The notes: generated by a model not told the origin, from the sequence alone. 62,644 nt of DNA, filler included, from Asterionella formosa (GCA_002256025.1; 5 parts of 5 records of this genome joined end to end with filler, not necessarily neighbours in it), one strand, 5' to 3'; positions 1 through 12,984 are shown, counted from the first letter of the whole stretch. Made by a program: numbers and translations.

Positions 1-729
1 GAAAAGGTTGGTTATGAAGAATTTTACATGTGGTGGATGAGTGCAGGGGCCTATGGAGCCGAACGTGGGGTATCGGTGTAAATCAAGTATGAGTGGATGT
101 TGAGTGTGATTGCGTAGAAGAATACATTGAAGTTATTGAATCTGTCGTGTTAATTTGCAAATGTAGCTCTGTCATTCTTCTGCCAACAACAGTTCAACTT
201 GAAGCTCGACGCAGCTGAAAATTAAATTTGAGTAGTGACCGAACTTGGTTTCACACAATTCCTTCAGTCCAACTATCTTGACAAAAGGATTTTATGTTCC
301 GTTGCTTGATCCATTTTTCGCAGGTTTTTCCATTTACTAGCAGACCAGAGTTGGTGTACCATTGTGATCGTTAACATAGCCACTGATGTCATATGGATAC
401 TAGTATTCAAAGCACAATGTACGTGGGAATTTTGATCCATATATAGCAGTGTTTTTGGCCAAATTCGCTCGCTTGAGTTCTGAACAAATGAAATGGAGTG
501 AAGTTTGTGGGTCCGTGCTGCATTTTACACTCCCGCATGTATTCGCACCATTTATCAATCAATGACAAGGTACGAGAATGCTGCTACCTAGGTTTTGTGA
601 TATCAAGCCTGCCGACGATGGACTAAATTTTAAATCATCACCATCAGCCATGAACTCTGTAAAAGTGCAAGAATGCATGTAGCTTTATATTTAACTCGAA
701 AGAAAAAATCTAATAGAACTCAAAAACCC

Positions 730-1497
730 TTAATCAGTTCGCTTCTTCTTTCGCTGAGGACCTCCGTCCTCCATGTCCCCGTCGTCGAAAGCGGCATCTG
801 CCTCATGCTCCAACTTTTTGGATCCAGCCCATACTCCAGCAGCTGGTGTTGGTCCATAATCTTCTTCTTCGTCGTCTGTCTCTTCATCTCCACCTTCGTA
901 TGTTTCTTCGCTTCCATCGTCGGGTTGATCTCCAGATTTCGCGGCTTTGGCCATCATTTCTTCCATTCTCGCCTCCCTCGCAACTTGCACAGCAGCCAAG
1001 TGCTGGCCATACTTGTTACCGAAAATGTTTCGCGGCCCCGCCCCTTTCCCAGAGGCACATCCTCGGCAACCAGTTGTTGGGTCCCGTGCTTCTTTTTGTT
1101 CTTCCGATCGATCCTTCCATGGGACACGACATAGACTGGTAGTGCCAAACTTATAGTTGGTTGGATTGATCACAAATGTCGAGCACAGTCGTTCGTATCC
1201 TGGTTTCTTCCACTTGGCCATTAAGGCACTGTCTACAATTTTCTGCCTGACGCAGTAGTCAAATACAAGTTTGTTAATTCGTTGAAAGGTGTAGTACATG
1301 TCGTAAATGTAGCGTGATCGTTGCCAGTTGATCTGATGAACAGGCCAGAGCGCTTCGACTTTGCGTTTGCCATCATTCGTTTCCTTCACTTTATCTCGTA
1401 GCTCATTCTCAAGAGCTTCCAGGATGGGTTCAACGACTTCATATCCCGGTGGTGGTGGCTTGCGCTTATTGTTGTTTCCCCAACGATGAGGCGGCAT
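730..1497 (-). CDS. BUD31: BUD31/G10 spliceosomal protein with acidic C-terminal extension
   Basis: LWPVHQINWQRSRYIYDMYY, LMAKWKKPGYERLC, CRVP and GCRGCASG are G10-family motifs. ATG at 1497 (MPPHRW); the C-terminus ends in a KKKR NLS-like motif. Confidence 0.92.
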   Translation of the reverse strand: MPPHRWGNNNKRKPPPPGYEVVEPILEALENELRDKVKETNDGKRKVEALWPVHQINWQRSRYIYDMYYTFQRINKLVFDYCVRQKIVDSALMAKWKKPGYERLCSTFVINPTNYKFGTTSLCRVPWKDRSEEQKEARDPTTGCRGCASGKGAGPRNIFGNKYGQHLAAVQVAREARMEEMMAKAAKSGDQPDDGSEETYEGGDEETDDEEEDYGPTPAAGVWAGSKKLEHEADAAFDDGDMEDGGPQRKKKRTD

Positions 1498-2145
1498 GTT
1501 TGAGGAAAATTGCAATTAATAATCATAAACTGAAAATATATATTTTCTTGTTGGTGAGGATGAATCAAAACTGAAATTTTATGATGTATGAATAATACTC
1601 GCTGTGGCCGTAGAAGGGAAGACCGACCTTTTTCTAGACAGTATGTACCAGCAGGCACACGGTATACCGTTTTATAGGCTGTTGCGAACAACGCACCTCG
1701 CTCTGGGTTTGTTCGTCCTGTTTTTCTTGCTGTGGAGCATAAATAGGAATCCAGAATCCATGAGTGTGGCTGTGTGATGCCTTCCATCAGGATTCCCTTG
1801 ATCCCTAAGGATTCCAGCCATTTTCTATCGACAGCAGGGTGCGGCTGATAGGATAGGTTTTTTATGTAGAACAGAAATGCCCTCTCACTACTTATGCCAC
1901 GAGGACGAAACCAAACTCCTCCATTGCTGCTGCTCGCTTACTTGATATGCATAAGATAGCATCGAACCAGCCGCTTTTGATTTAGACAGTCATCATCCTC
2001 CTTCGAACAGTACAGTACAGAACAGCGCATGCACTATAGTAATCATACAAGTTGATAGATAGTCAAGCAGTTCCATTTATAAATCATCATTGTCATAAGA
2101 ACAAGAAGCCCATAATTGTCAGAGCAAAACAGAACAGCAACAAGA

Positions 2146-3576
2146 ATGTTGAAATCATCGCTTTCCTCCTCGACGACTGCCACTGCCCAGCTCATCATTC
2201 GTCGGCGCCTATTGAAGCCAGCCAAACCGTTCTCGTCCGTCCCACCCAGCCACGCCCAAGACTCCTCTGACTCGGGCGCAACGAACAGCAGACGCCTGCC
2301 CAATCCACAAGACTTTGTCAAGGTCCGCCTAGAACCTGGCGAATGGGATCCTGACCGCAAGGATCCGATTCATCGACCTCCATGGAGGAACAATGCAAAG
2401 ATCATGCACCCCGACGACTTCTTCTTGCGCTCCAGGTCTGTCCTGGGCAATGGGGAGGTGGCGTCCGTCCATGATACCATGTCCTCCCTGGGCTGGTTGA
2501 GTGCCAAGGACCAAGATACCATGTACCAGTCTTACTTGGACATGTGTCAACGCATGACGGCGTCTACCAATGGGATCACATCGCACGAATACATTTTTAG
2601 GGTACTGGGACAAAAGTTCAACGTATCGTCGTCGAGAGTTGCGGCTGTGTGTGTGCTCAAACACAATGAAGAACAAATGAAGGCACGAGGAGAAATTATT
2701 TATTACGAACACCAGGACTACGCCGATGAAAAGATTGCAGGACATATACAATCCGTATACAGTATCTACAACGAAGTTAACCCTCACCAATTCGTGGAAG
2801 ATTCTCTTGGAAATCCTTCTTCGGAAGTTACAGATGAATCGTACACGGCCACTAATGACTTGATTGACGTTGATGCCAATTTGGACGAAGCCAACGTCCG
2901 GGCAAAGGAGGAAGCTAGACTTGTCATTGACTCATGGGTGTACAAGGAAGATATTGACGAAGACACCATCCATGTTTCTGTATCACCCGCTGTGAAGAAA
3001 CTCATGGCACAGCATGCCAGGTGGAATGCTCATGACCATGCTCAACGTCCAGGCGATCTGAAACCACTTCCAGGAGGGGGTGCTGAACCCAAGCGACCAA
3101 GGTACAAGTACGCAGCGCATTTTGTGGAAGCAAAAACAAAAACAAAGAAAAATCAAATTGTTACCAAGAAGAAGAAAAAGGAAATTGCGCTCAAACAGAC
3201 AGATAACACCATTGTGGAATTAGATGGCCAATTGCGAGTGGCAACTGTCAAGGAGGCCAAGGGCTGTTCCTGGAAACCAAAGCGAGATGGGAAATCCTTC
3301 ATGTACCAAGGGTTGCATGATGCTTGGTTAGAACGACAGTTGAGTGGCAGCATGACTGTGTGGGGAAGACAAGAGGCTCCTGCAGTGGTGGTGCCTGTTG
3401 TTGAAGCAGCTGCAGAGGGAGCTGAAGTGAATGACGACAATGATGAGAATGAAGCTGATGATGGTACTGAGTCTTTTGTCGAGGAGGATTCTGCCGAAAA
3501 GGAAGGATCCCCTACTACAGAAACGGACACTGAGGGTGTCAAGGATGGCAATGATGGTGACGACAAGAAGGAATAA
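2146..3576 (+). CDS. Probable mitochondrial protein, mS45/Bot1-like mitoribosomal family
   Basis: Ser/Arg-rich presequence-like N-terminus (MLKSSLSSS...RRRLL..FSS). RVLGQKFNVSSSRVAAVCVLKHNE resembles the Bot1/mS45 core motif. Acidic tail. Confidence 0.55.
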   Translation: MLKSSLSSSTTATAQLIIRRRLLKPAKPFSSVPPSHAQDSSDSGATNSRRLPNPQDFVKVRLEPGEWDPDRKDPIHRPPWRNNAKIMHPDDFFLRSRSVLGNGEVASVHDTMSSLGWLSAKDQDTMYQSYLDMCQRMTASTNGITSHEYIFRVLGQKFNVSSSRVAAVCVLKHNEEQMKARGEIIYYEHQDYADEKIAGHIQSVYSIYNEVNPHQFVEDSLGNPSSEVTDESYTATNDLIDVDANLDEANVRAKEEARLVIDSWVYKEDIDEDTIHVSVSPAVKKLMAQHARWNAHDHAQRPGDLKPLPGGGAEPKRPRYKYAAHFVEAKTKTKKNQIVTKKKKKEIALKQTDNTIVELDGQLRVATVKEAKGCSWKPKRDGKSFMYQGLHDAWLERQLSGSMTVWGRQEAPAVVVPVVEAAAEGAEVNDDNDENEADDGTESFVEEDSAEKEGSPTTETDTEGVKDGNDGDDKKE

Positions 3577-4253
3577 CGCTTCGTAGCAGCCAAAGTGCCG
3601 TTTGCTGGTTTGGGTACAATCAATCAACGAAAGCAATAAGTTCAAATACTCGGTAGACTATGTGGTGGAGGAAATCATGGCAATCGACGAATACTTGTAG
3701 TGGCAACTTGATATAGCTATTTGTAATCGAACCATAGATATAACAAAACGGTTGGACGAAAAAGTAATACTGCGGTTAGTAAGGTATACAAGTATGTACA
3801 CAAATTACTGGTAATGTACCTCATAGATAAACTACCGGTACCTGGTAGACTACTGTACTGATATGTTTGGGAGTGTAAGTACGTATTCATATTTGCATGT
3901 TTTTCGTTGATTGTCTTCTGTGTTGCTAGCGGTCTCCTGGTTTGATAATCTGCCATGTGAATGAATGATTATATATTGTTGTACATGTATTAGTTAGTGC
4001 AAGTACATTGACATATGTATGTGTGTCAGTATACATACAAGAAAGTATCCATTTTAGAGTCTCACCGGGAAACCGGTACTCACCACTGTCGTCCCAATTG
4101 CTGATGATCGAATGGGTGTGGCATAAGAGACGAGACCTTCTGTTACAGCATCGTCGTATGTATCGCAACTACTCCTAGTTTCTTATAAACCACTGACTCC
4201 ACTTCCCGTTCTGCCCTTTGGTGTGAATTAATATTACGAAGGAACGATCGATC

Positions 4254-6081
4254 ATGCCAGCCAATTTCATCATTGAAGAAGCTCCCTCCGCTCGCTCAAC
4301 CTGCAAGAAATGTAAAGAGAAGCTGCCAAAGGGAATCCTTCGTATTGCCAACATTAGCGAAAGTAGTGACTCCGACATGGTGTTCAAGAGGTGCGTAATG
4401 GCACAGTGTGGTCCTGTCTTGAAGGGCTGTGTACCGTCATGCATATTTCAATTGTATACAACACAGTTATAGCCTCATCTCTCTCACTCCTTCGAGATTT
4501 TTTTCACGTTGTATATGGCATCTTTTTCTGGATCCGATCCTCCATCCATTAATTTAACTATAGTTACTACCATACTTCATGTTTCAGTATTCCTAAATCT
4601 CAGGAGATCAAAGACGTGGCAGAATGGTGCGATGCTATACTTGTTGATGAAACGGAACATCAGATTATGAGTAAGGAAAAGGAGCGCGTCAAGATTATTG
4701 CTGACATCATGTCCAAAATTGGGAAGAGTGAGAAACCATCATCAGTTGTTACTTCTAAAAGTAGTAGTAGTACTACTACTTCTTCTAAAGCTACTACTAC
4801 TACTACGAATACAAAGCTTGAAAAATTCAAGGCTGTGGCTGAGCAAGAGAGAGGTTCGAAAAAAAAGAAGAAGAAGCATGCAGATGAGAAAGACGCCAAT
4901 GACGAACCTACCTCCAAAAAGGTAAAATTAACAAAAGAAGAAGAAGCGGAATATGATATTTACAGTATGTACAGTGACATGAGTGTCGATGCACTTCACG
5001 ATGTTTTGCGGTACGTTCACTTTGAATAAAGTTTTTTTTAAATGATGGACATTATGGTTCCACTCAACTGATGTTGTTCCATATTTTTATTCAACTTCTC
5101 AGTTGGAATCTACAATTGGTGGCCGGGAACAAATCAGTCTTATTAGCTCGCGTCACTGATGGACATTTACGAGGTCGCTTGACTCGTTGTCCCCTATGTA
5201 CGGGTGGGAAGATCGCCATCCGTGATGAGGTTGGTATGGATGCATCATGCAATGGATACTTTGATGAAGACAAGGGCATTCGGATCAGCTGTTCATTCAA
5301 GGCACCAGTGGAGAAGTGCCCAAGAATTCATCCATGGTTTGCTGAGAAACCAACAGATGAAGAAATGGAAGATATTAAACAGAAGGATCTGGATACAAAG
5401 GCAGGCAAGTCAGCATCATCCAAGTCGTCCACAGAAGCCATCAAGGTACTGTTGGGCAAGATTAAGAAATTGGAATGGAAGACAACCACAAAGGCAGATA
5501 TCAAGGCTTCCACAGCAGCAATGGTTGCTATCCTGAAAGATGGTGAAGTTACAAAGGTAGATCTCCCAGAAGGGCGAGAGACCATGGCTGTGGGAAAGAT
5601 TGTTGCTGCAAATCAGGTATGTAGATAGGTATTGTTCAAATATGCAGCTCATTTTTTATCCCAATTTAGCTCACTAAAGTTTCATTGATTGCAGAGCAAA
5701 TCTTCAGAAGAAGTATTCACCATGATTGTTGAACAGTATGGGTTTGCTGATGATTCAAAGGCTAATGATGCACAGAGAATAGAATTGTTGGAGACCACTT
5801 GCATCATACCTGCCAATGCTCCCATTTTGATGGTCCTCTTGGAACTCAAGAATGTGTATGATAAAGAAGGCAATTCTCAAGCTGGTAGAACCTACAACCA
5901 TGTTGCAGACGCCATCAAGAATCTTGACTTTGAAGTTACCACTGCGAATGTTATGGCCATGTCCAAGGGCAAAACAAAGGTTGCTGGGATTGGGAAGTCA
6001 AGTGCAGAAAAGATCAAGGAGTTTTTAGAGACAGGGAAGATTACAAAACTGGAAGAGAAGCGTGCCGCACAAGCTGTTTAA
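4254..6081 (+). CDS. PARP-type Zn finger + PADR1 (Zn3) + PolX/pol-beta 8-kDa HhH domain protein; exons 4254-4390, 4564-5010, 5103-5616, 5695-6081
   Basis: Three GT..AG introns (4391-4563, 5011-5102, 5617-5694) join in frame. Motifs: APSARSTCKKC...LRI...YYHTSCF (zf-PARP); LLARVTDG..G.LTRCPLC.GG...C.GYFDE...SC (PADR1); GIGKSSAEKIKEFLETGKITKLEE (HhH_8). Confidence 0.85.
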
Positions 6082-7221
6082 CTAGTGTAAAAGTGAAAAT
6101 CTACAGGTTTTGAGTCTCATGTTTAAACAAACAGGAAAGATGCTTATCAATGTTGTGAGGAAATCTAATATTTTAATTTCAAATAGCTTTCTCTAGTTGA
6201 CTGAAAAAATGATTTGATGCCGCTATTGACAGAAAGAGAATTGCATCATCTCAAAGATGGTGTCATCACAAGATTCACTAGATTTTTTAGAATAGGACAC
6301 AAGCCAACAAACGACCATGACAAAATTGAATGGATAGGCTCTTTGTACCGGATTTCAGAACCTAGTCTGTCATCAACACAATTGCAAGAACGTTGAGAAA
6401 AATAAGTATTGCCAATGGCAAATATATGTAGTACAGCAAGATGATATCTAGTTGAAAAAAGTAAAAGTAACATGGCACCAATGGTTAACACCATTTAACT
6501 TGGTTAACTGAAGCAACTTGGGCAAGTCAGCATGGGTCAGCCAGATTTCAAGGAAACGGCTTGGACTGAGTTTGCTCTTGGAGAAATTCACTAGTGATGA
6601 TTTCTACCGGATTTCTGGAGGAGATCGCATTGTTGATGCTGAAGGTAAAATCCAAGCCTTTGATGGGTCCCAAGAATGGCTTGGTCATGCATAGGAGGCT
6701 AACATGCAAATATCGAATGAGAAGAAGTGTCATTTCATTCAGTTGTGATGATTATGGTTGAGTTGGCTAATGTAAGTGTCACTAATAATTCATGAAAGGG
6801 ACAGGGGTAGTGATGCTGTCTCACTATCTGTGGGTGTTTTGGTGCTGGCTGCTAATGCATACTACTATCGTGACATGATAGTTGCTATAGTGGAACTTTA
6901 TGCTGGTTTCCCAAGAATTTACATAGAAGGCTCTGATGTTCTTCATGTTTTTCCAGGTTACTCAGCCACCATCATCCCTTTGCATAGTGGCTTGAATCTA
7001 GTGACGTTGTGAGGGATGGCACTTCTCACTGAAGGTTTAAATAATCAGGACTTGCATGATGCTAGTATGCACAACGGGGGATACGATTAACAGTAGTAAG
7101 AGAAAGAAAGAATGCATGACCATCATTAAAAACTCACTTCTAACGCACTTTCTAAGACCACGGAGTTAAATTTCATAGCATGGCCTGTCAACTAGGAGAC
7201 CATGGTGTGCTTCCCTAGTTT

Positions 7222-7495
7222 TGCTAGTATCGGTGAGTCCCCAACCATCTTTTGAGAAAGGTGATCGTCTTAGCCTTAGCTGCTGAGTTAGGGGAAACTT
7301 CGACCGCCTGGGAAAGAGGGACAATGCTTGTAGAGAGGGGTACACTTTTCCTTGCACACCAAGCAAGCAAAAATGCGAGGGATGGTGCGGAGTGTGGGAG
7401 TAGAATCCAACAATTGCTTCTCAAAATATTTGCGGGAAGCAAACCACGCTATTTCAAATCAAAGGCAATGTGCCCAACCAACTGAACCATTTCCC
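7222..7495 (-). mobile_element. Putative tRNA-derived SINE, copy 1
   Basis: The minus strand begins GGGAAATGGTTCAGTTGGTTGGGCAC (A-box/D-arm-like) followed by GCCTTTGA, and aligns over ~270 bp with 48563-48830. Confidence 0.55.
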
Positions 7496-8704
7496 ATTGT
7501 TCACGCCACCATAGTCATTGGTTTTTTTGATAGGAGATGTTGTGGTACTGCTAGTATCATGATGGTCTAGGGCGATTGAAGTAGCAGCAATGGCGCGGGA
7601 ACAGCCATCATGGCTGTTCCCGCAACCCTATGATAGGCCATAAACCAGAGAAATATAATTATGAAAGGGCAAGTCATGATCCTGAAAGATCAATGTTGCA
7701 CTGTTGGAAAAGGTATTCTACAAGGTATGGATAGTTTATTATCCAAAATTGGGTTTCATGTCCCATTCAAGGTGAACCTTGCTTATATTGGTTTTTAACT
7801 TATTTTCGCATCCCCCTTGTATTAATAAACTAGCTAATCAGATCATCAATTCCGATTTAAATTTTGTTTTGTTTTGGACATATCCATACAAGGGGTGCCT
7901 TGATTAGACCCAATACAAGATAGCACTTGAATTGGTCCCAATAACTCATTTGCGAAACCCATTAATACAGTATCAGGATAATCCTTTTGAGGTCAATAGT
8001 GAACTAATATCTATCTATAGTACTATTTTCTTTTACGACGAATGTCCATGTTTTTGGCTATTTTAACAAGAAACAAGCACATAACAGATTCTGGCGCAGT
8101 GCAAAATCGAATTTCTGAAAATGTTTAAATCATCTGTGGGTTCTTCTCAAGAAGCTCCCCCAGCGTTTTCTTCGTCGCAATTTCCAAATCCTTCATCAGT
8201 CAAGCAAGAAGATCGGAGCGCGGAGAAAGATGGTGTTTACATTGAAGCAGCAATAAAGAAAACTACAACAACAAAAAAGCATTCTCAAATTCGGATAACT
8301 TACATCAGTTTGCATGATTCAACTGGAGCTGGCTGGCTGTTCCCTTTCTAATCACTCTACAATTCACGGATCCTTCAATTACATAGAAAGTAAACTGAGG
8401 CAGGGATGGGGGTCCTTCTGAATTTTTCCTCAATGGAACAGAGTCACAATGACCGGTGAGAAAAATAGGCAATTCTTTTAGCAAGTTCAAGAAACTGAAA
8501 GGACCTAAACTCTATGGCTTGAAACAATTTCTCCTCTTCAAACACAGCACTTTGTCAATGATTTTGCGAATTCCCTATTCAGGTTTGACCTTGTATTGGA
8601 ACCTAATGTATTACAGACAGAAACAATGTGAATTGTGAATTATTGTCCCCTTGTATTGGCACTTATGGCTTTGAATTGGGACATACATCTAAGCCTTGTA
8701 TTAC

Positions 8705-8960
8705 TACATGAAGTGATCATCACGTAAATAAGCCTAGTTGATTTTGAATGCATCACATGAATTAGATGAACATATCAAAATGCTTACTTGAATATATCTA
8801 TATATTATCCGAATACATCACACTAATTATTTGATCAGAGTATCATGCATGCATTCCTGATCATCACTATATTACGTGATCACCTTCACGTAATTATTTG
8901 AAATACTTCAATTAATTCTGTAATTTAGTTCACATTGCCTTATAATTTTGTTCACGTAAT
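8705..8960. repeat. Dispersed AT-rich repeat, also at 56712-57037
   Basis: The shared sequence GAAGTGA.CATCAC.TAAATAAGCCTAGTTGATTTTGAATGCATCACATGAATTAG...TATCATGCATGCATTCCTGATCATCACTAT occurs at both loci. Confidence 0.85.
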
Positions 8961-10623
8961 TCTATAATATAGTTCACGTAATGTATTAAATTTGTTTACA
9001 TAATTTAAAAGTACTATCAAATAATGTTGATTCTTAATTCAACTACCGGTATTTCACATTACATTGGAAACAAATCTCGATATGCAATCAAACAAAGCTG
9101 TTCTATCAGAATGGAATCTTCAGTCTTGAGAAGGCGCAGGCATTATGAGACATCTGTAAGGACATTGCAAGACAAAGAGAAGCCATTCATTCAGAAGGGG
9201 AAAAATATTCACTCTTGAACAGGCATCATTGTACAAAGTTGAAACATGAATGCATCACACACTGGCTTCCTTCTTGTCCTTGAAATGACTTCTTCGTTGA
9301 CCTGCAAAGATTTACATAACAACAGTGTGTCAGTATTTCATATGATAGAACTAGCAACAGCAGAAAGCAACACACACATGTAGTAGTATTCAACTGTTCC
9401 TTGGGGCAGTCGAATTGAAGCAACAAACCGGCAACAACCAGGCAGCTCACTGATGCGTTCATAAGAATGCTCCTGTTGTGAAATGGACGGCTAAAATGTA
9501 AAATAAAATAAATGTAGACAACAATAACAGAACCATGTGATTTATCGCTCGCTTTGCTGAAACAATGACAAAAACTGAAGATTGAGCTTACCTTAAAGGC
9601 CTCCATTGCGGGTCTCCATTTTGTATCATTTCACCCTCTATCACTCATGCTTTCCAAAGAACACTACTTTTTTGAAAAGGCCTGTTCAAATGTCAAATGA
9701 ATTTTGAAAACAACAGCATATCAGTATGAGTTATCCTTCACTTGGTGATATGATAGCAAAAATAGTAAGCAAATAAATCTTACCTTAAAAGCATCGATTG
9801 CTTACGATCTCAGTGTTGTGTCATTCCACCTTCTGTTGTGGTTGCAACAAACAATATGTGAGTTCTTGGCTGATGAAGGATTTGTTAATGGTGAGGCGCT
9901 GAAAAGCTAGAAGCGGGATACTGCTTTTAAGGGTCGTCCCCATGTTGAAAACATTTTGTGCACAGTGGTGGTTAAATGTTGTCTTTATGAATTCAGAGGG
10001 GCTCAAAAATCCTGGCGCAGCCATGACTTCATCTTTGTACCAACAGAACCTAGCTACAATCTACACGAAAAAACCTGGCGCAGTCTTGTTACTTCGTCGG
10101 GACAAATTCTGATGCTACAAGTGTGACCTAAAACAAATATGACAAGAAGGAGAGGACACAGCCAATGGTTACTCTTAGTATACCGGTATTCACAGTGCGA
10201 ACGCCATAGTCTATTGTAACAAGGGAAATACGGGAATGCTGGTAGGGCAAAGCAACCTACAGTTCCACAGTACGCACGTAGAAATGAGTACAGTTTCACA
10301 GTACGAACGGTATAATTCCTATTGTAACAAGAAAGGGGAAGACGGAAATACTGGTAGGGCAAACCTACAGTCTCACACTTGAAACAACGACCTGGTTCCT
10401 ACCAGCCAGAAGTACCTGGTGGTACCATACAATATAGCTATTTGTTACCATGTCTGAGTGCAGGGTCCAAAGACCCAAGGTACCAGGTACCTGGTACCTG
10501 GTAGCCCTCGTACCTGGTACTGGTAGTATGTATCATAGCCCTGTGTAGGCCTTCGATACCGATACCTGGTCACAGGTACCTGGTGAAGTATCTAACTAGA
10601 AGTAGTAGTATTTGTTGAATATA

Positions 10624-10752
10624 TGAGCTAATTAATCTTATGTATCCCAAGTTGACATCAAAGTATACAATAGGTGTTAGTCGAGCGAGTTCTGATATAT
10701 TTGATATAACCTTAACCCTATATACATCTGTATCGATGTGCAGGATCGCTCA
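10624..10752 (-). repeat. Putative 3' LTR of the Gypsy element (~129 bp)
   Basis: Bounded by TGAGC...GCTCA inverted ends. On the minus strand it follows the purine-rich GTGGGAGAG (PPT-like) just after the integrase stop. Confidence 0.55.
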
Positions 10753-10769
10753 CTCTCCCACACTTCAGG

Positions 10770-12250
10770 GAAAACCTTTTACCTATGAAAAGGTTTGATA
10801 CAACGAATATTAATTCGTTCTGTAATATGCATAGTGCATTGAAAAGTAACTGTACCATTGGCATGGACTTGAATTATAGTATAAGGACCTTGTCCACGAT
10901 CATCCAAAGTAGTAGGATTATCCAAAAGTATTAAAATCTTATCGCCACTTTGTAATCATAAGATCGACGACGGAAATTAACACGACGTAAGCGTTCGTCG
11001 ATGATAACTTGTCGACGTTGATGTATCAATTGTAAATCTGTAATCAAAGGAATATTTAATATCATATCATGTTGAAAAACCCATCACCTGGTGAAAGACG
11101 TAATATACTATGAATAGTAGTTCGAGCTGCATATGATGCAGTTGCAAAACATGTATCCACAATGTTTTGGGCTTGAAATTCATTCATTGGAGGGTGAGCC
11201 TTCAACATAACTCGTAGACTATTACTGATAGATTGATGTAAACGTTCACAGATGGCATTTGCTTGTGGATTCTTGACTGTAGTAGTCACATCTTTAATTC
11301 CATTCAACACCAACATGTGTAAGAGAGGAGCACCAGTAAATTCACCTCCATTGTCATGTATACAACGTTCTGGACGGGGATATCTGGCTAACCAATCATT
11401 TTCAAATTTCAATGCAATATATTCTGATGTTTTGTTATTGATAGATGAAATTTCTGCCAAATTGATGACCGTATCAATACAAGTTAGAGCACGAAATTCA
11501 ATTGCTTAAGTAGCCACTGTTATCTTCCATGGACCAATTAAATCTAATGCGACTTCTGACCATGGTAATAATAATGCATTCCTGGGTGGAAGTTCACCAA
11601 AACCAGTACCAGGTAATTTTGTACGTTCTTGACATGCTTCACATACTCTTACAATATGTTCCACTCTTGTTTTTAATGTAGGATGATAAAAATGTGTAGC
11701 GATTGTAGCATTTAATCTTGTCATACCCACATAAGCTAACATCTGATGATACCAATTAATAATAGAATCCAATAATGATGTAGGAATAGCAATACGCCAA
11801 GTATCTCCTGGATTCTTCACAAAACATATTAAAAATATATCATGAAAATTGATAGAAGGAAATTTTAACGGATGTGTTTGTTGGTTGAGAATCAATTGTA
11901 TATCCAGCAGTTGTCTATCATGTATTAAATTATAATCCAGAGGATATTGAATATTGTCTATCAAGATTGGATGATTAAGGAGACAGGTATTTTGCTTTTG
12001 CTTTGGAAGGGGGAGATTTTATATCAAGTCTATCAGATTCGATAGACTCAATTAGACGTTCTGAGGCAGTAGAAACAAGATCTACCACGGGCATACAAGC
12101 AACACGATCTTTACTTCTCGGAATGGTATTGAGATAAGATGAACTGGCATCAACTATTTCGTTTTCACTCGCCTGTGTCAATGCATTAACGGAGAATACA
12201 CGACGTCGGTGATCTTTATTTGGAATGACAGGTATAACGAATTCCATCAG
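10770..12250 (-). mobile_element. Ty3/Gypsy LTR retrotransposon remnant (integrase, frameshifted)
   Basis: Zn-binding region (WYH...C..CQ), DLIGPW, HDNGGEFTG, PQANAICERLH, and a C-terminal GQGPYTIIQVHANGTVT (GPY/F) motif. Multiple frameshifts. Confidence 0.9.
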
Positions 12251-12984
12251 CTTATCAGGACCATATCATTTTTCTATAAGACTGAGATCATCTTCGTCCC
12301 CGCAAGAAGGTAGCTTGTAAGGGATTGTTCAACAAACGCACATGGCTTGTAAGAAATTCGATTACTGATATGCGAACGGAGAGATAATAACGAATACTAC
12401 CGGTACAAGAATTGGATCAAAACATGTACCGGTAGAGCATTCAAATCAGAATGGCAACAAGGAACACACCGTTGCTGCACAGAATTCATTCTGATAGCAT
12501 CGGTGGGTACAAGGTTTACATACACGTAAGGTGATCTCTGTAAAGTCATAACCTTCGCTAAAACAATAATTGATCAAATAGCAACAGCTATTGATCAATC
12601 AAACAACGTAATAATATATCAAAACATTTGGTTAGCAGATTATATTTAATAACTAATATATATGCCTTCAATCTATGCGTAACCTGACGTGTATAAGCAA
12701 ATAATCTGACAAACAAATTTGATTAACCACACTGACACTGTCATTGATATATCAAAATCATCATCAAGATAACAAAACATTTGATCAATATATCAACAAT
12801 TTTGGTTAACCGATTAGATTTGGTAACTAATATATACGACTTCTTATAGAAGCATAACCCAACGTTTGTCTGATACAGACACTCCCATTGTTATATCAAA
12901 ATTATCATCAACATGTCAAAATATTTGAAAAATCAGTCAGGTTTTTAACGTATGCTGAGTAAAACGTTAGATCTAATGAAAAAT

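Noticed and set aside
12590..12930. Degenerate ~175-bp tandem duplication between the Gypsy and LINE remnants as a possible 5' LTR
   Set aside because: No similarity to the candidate 3' LTR; treated as ordinary decayed repeat.
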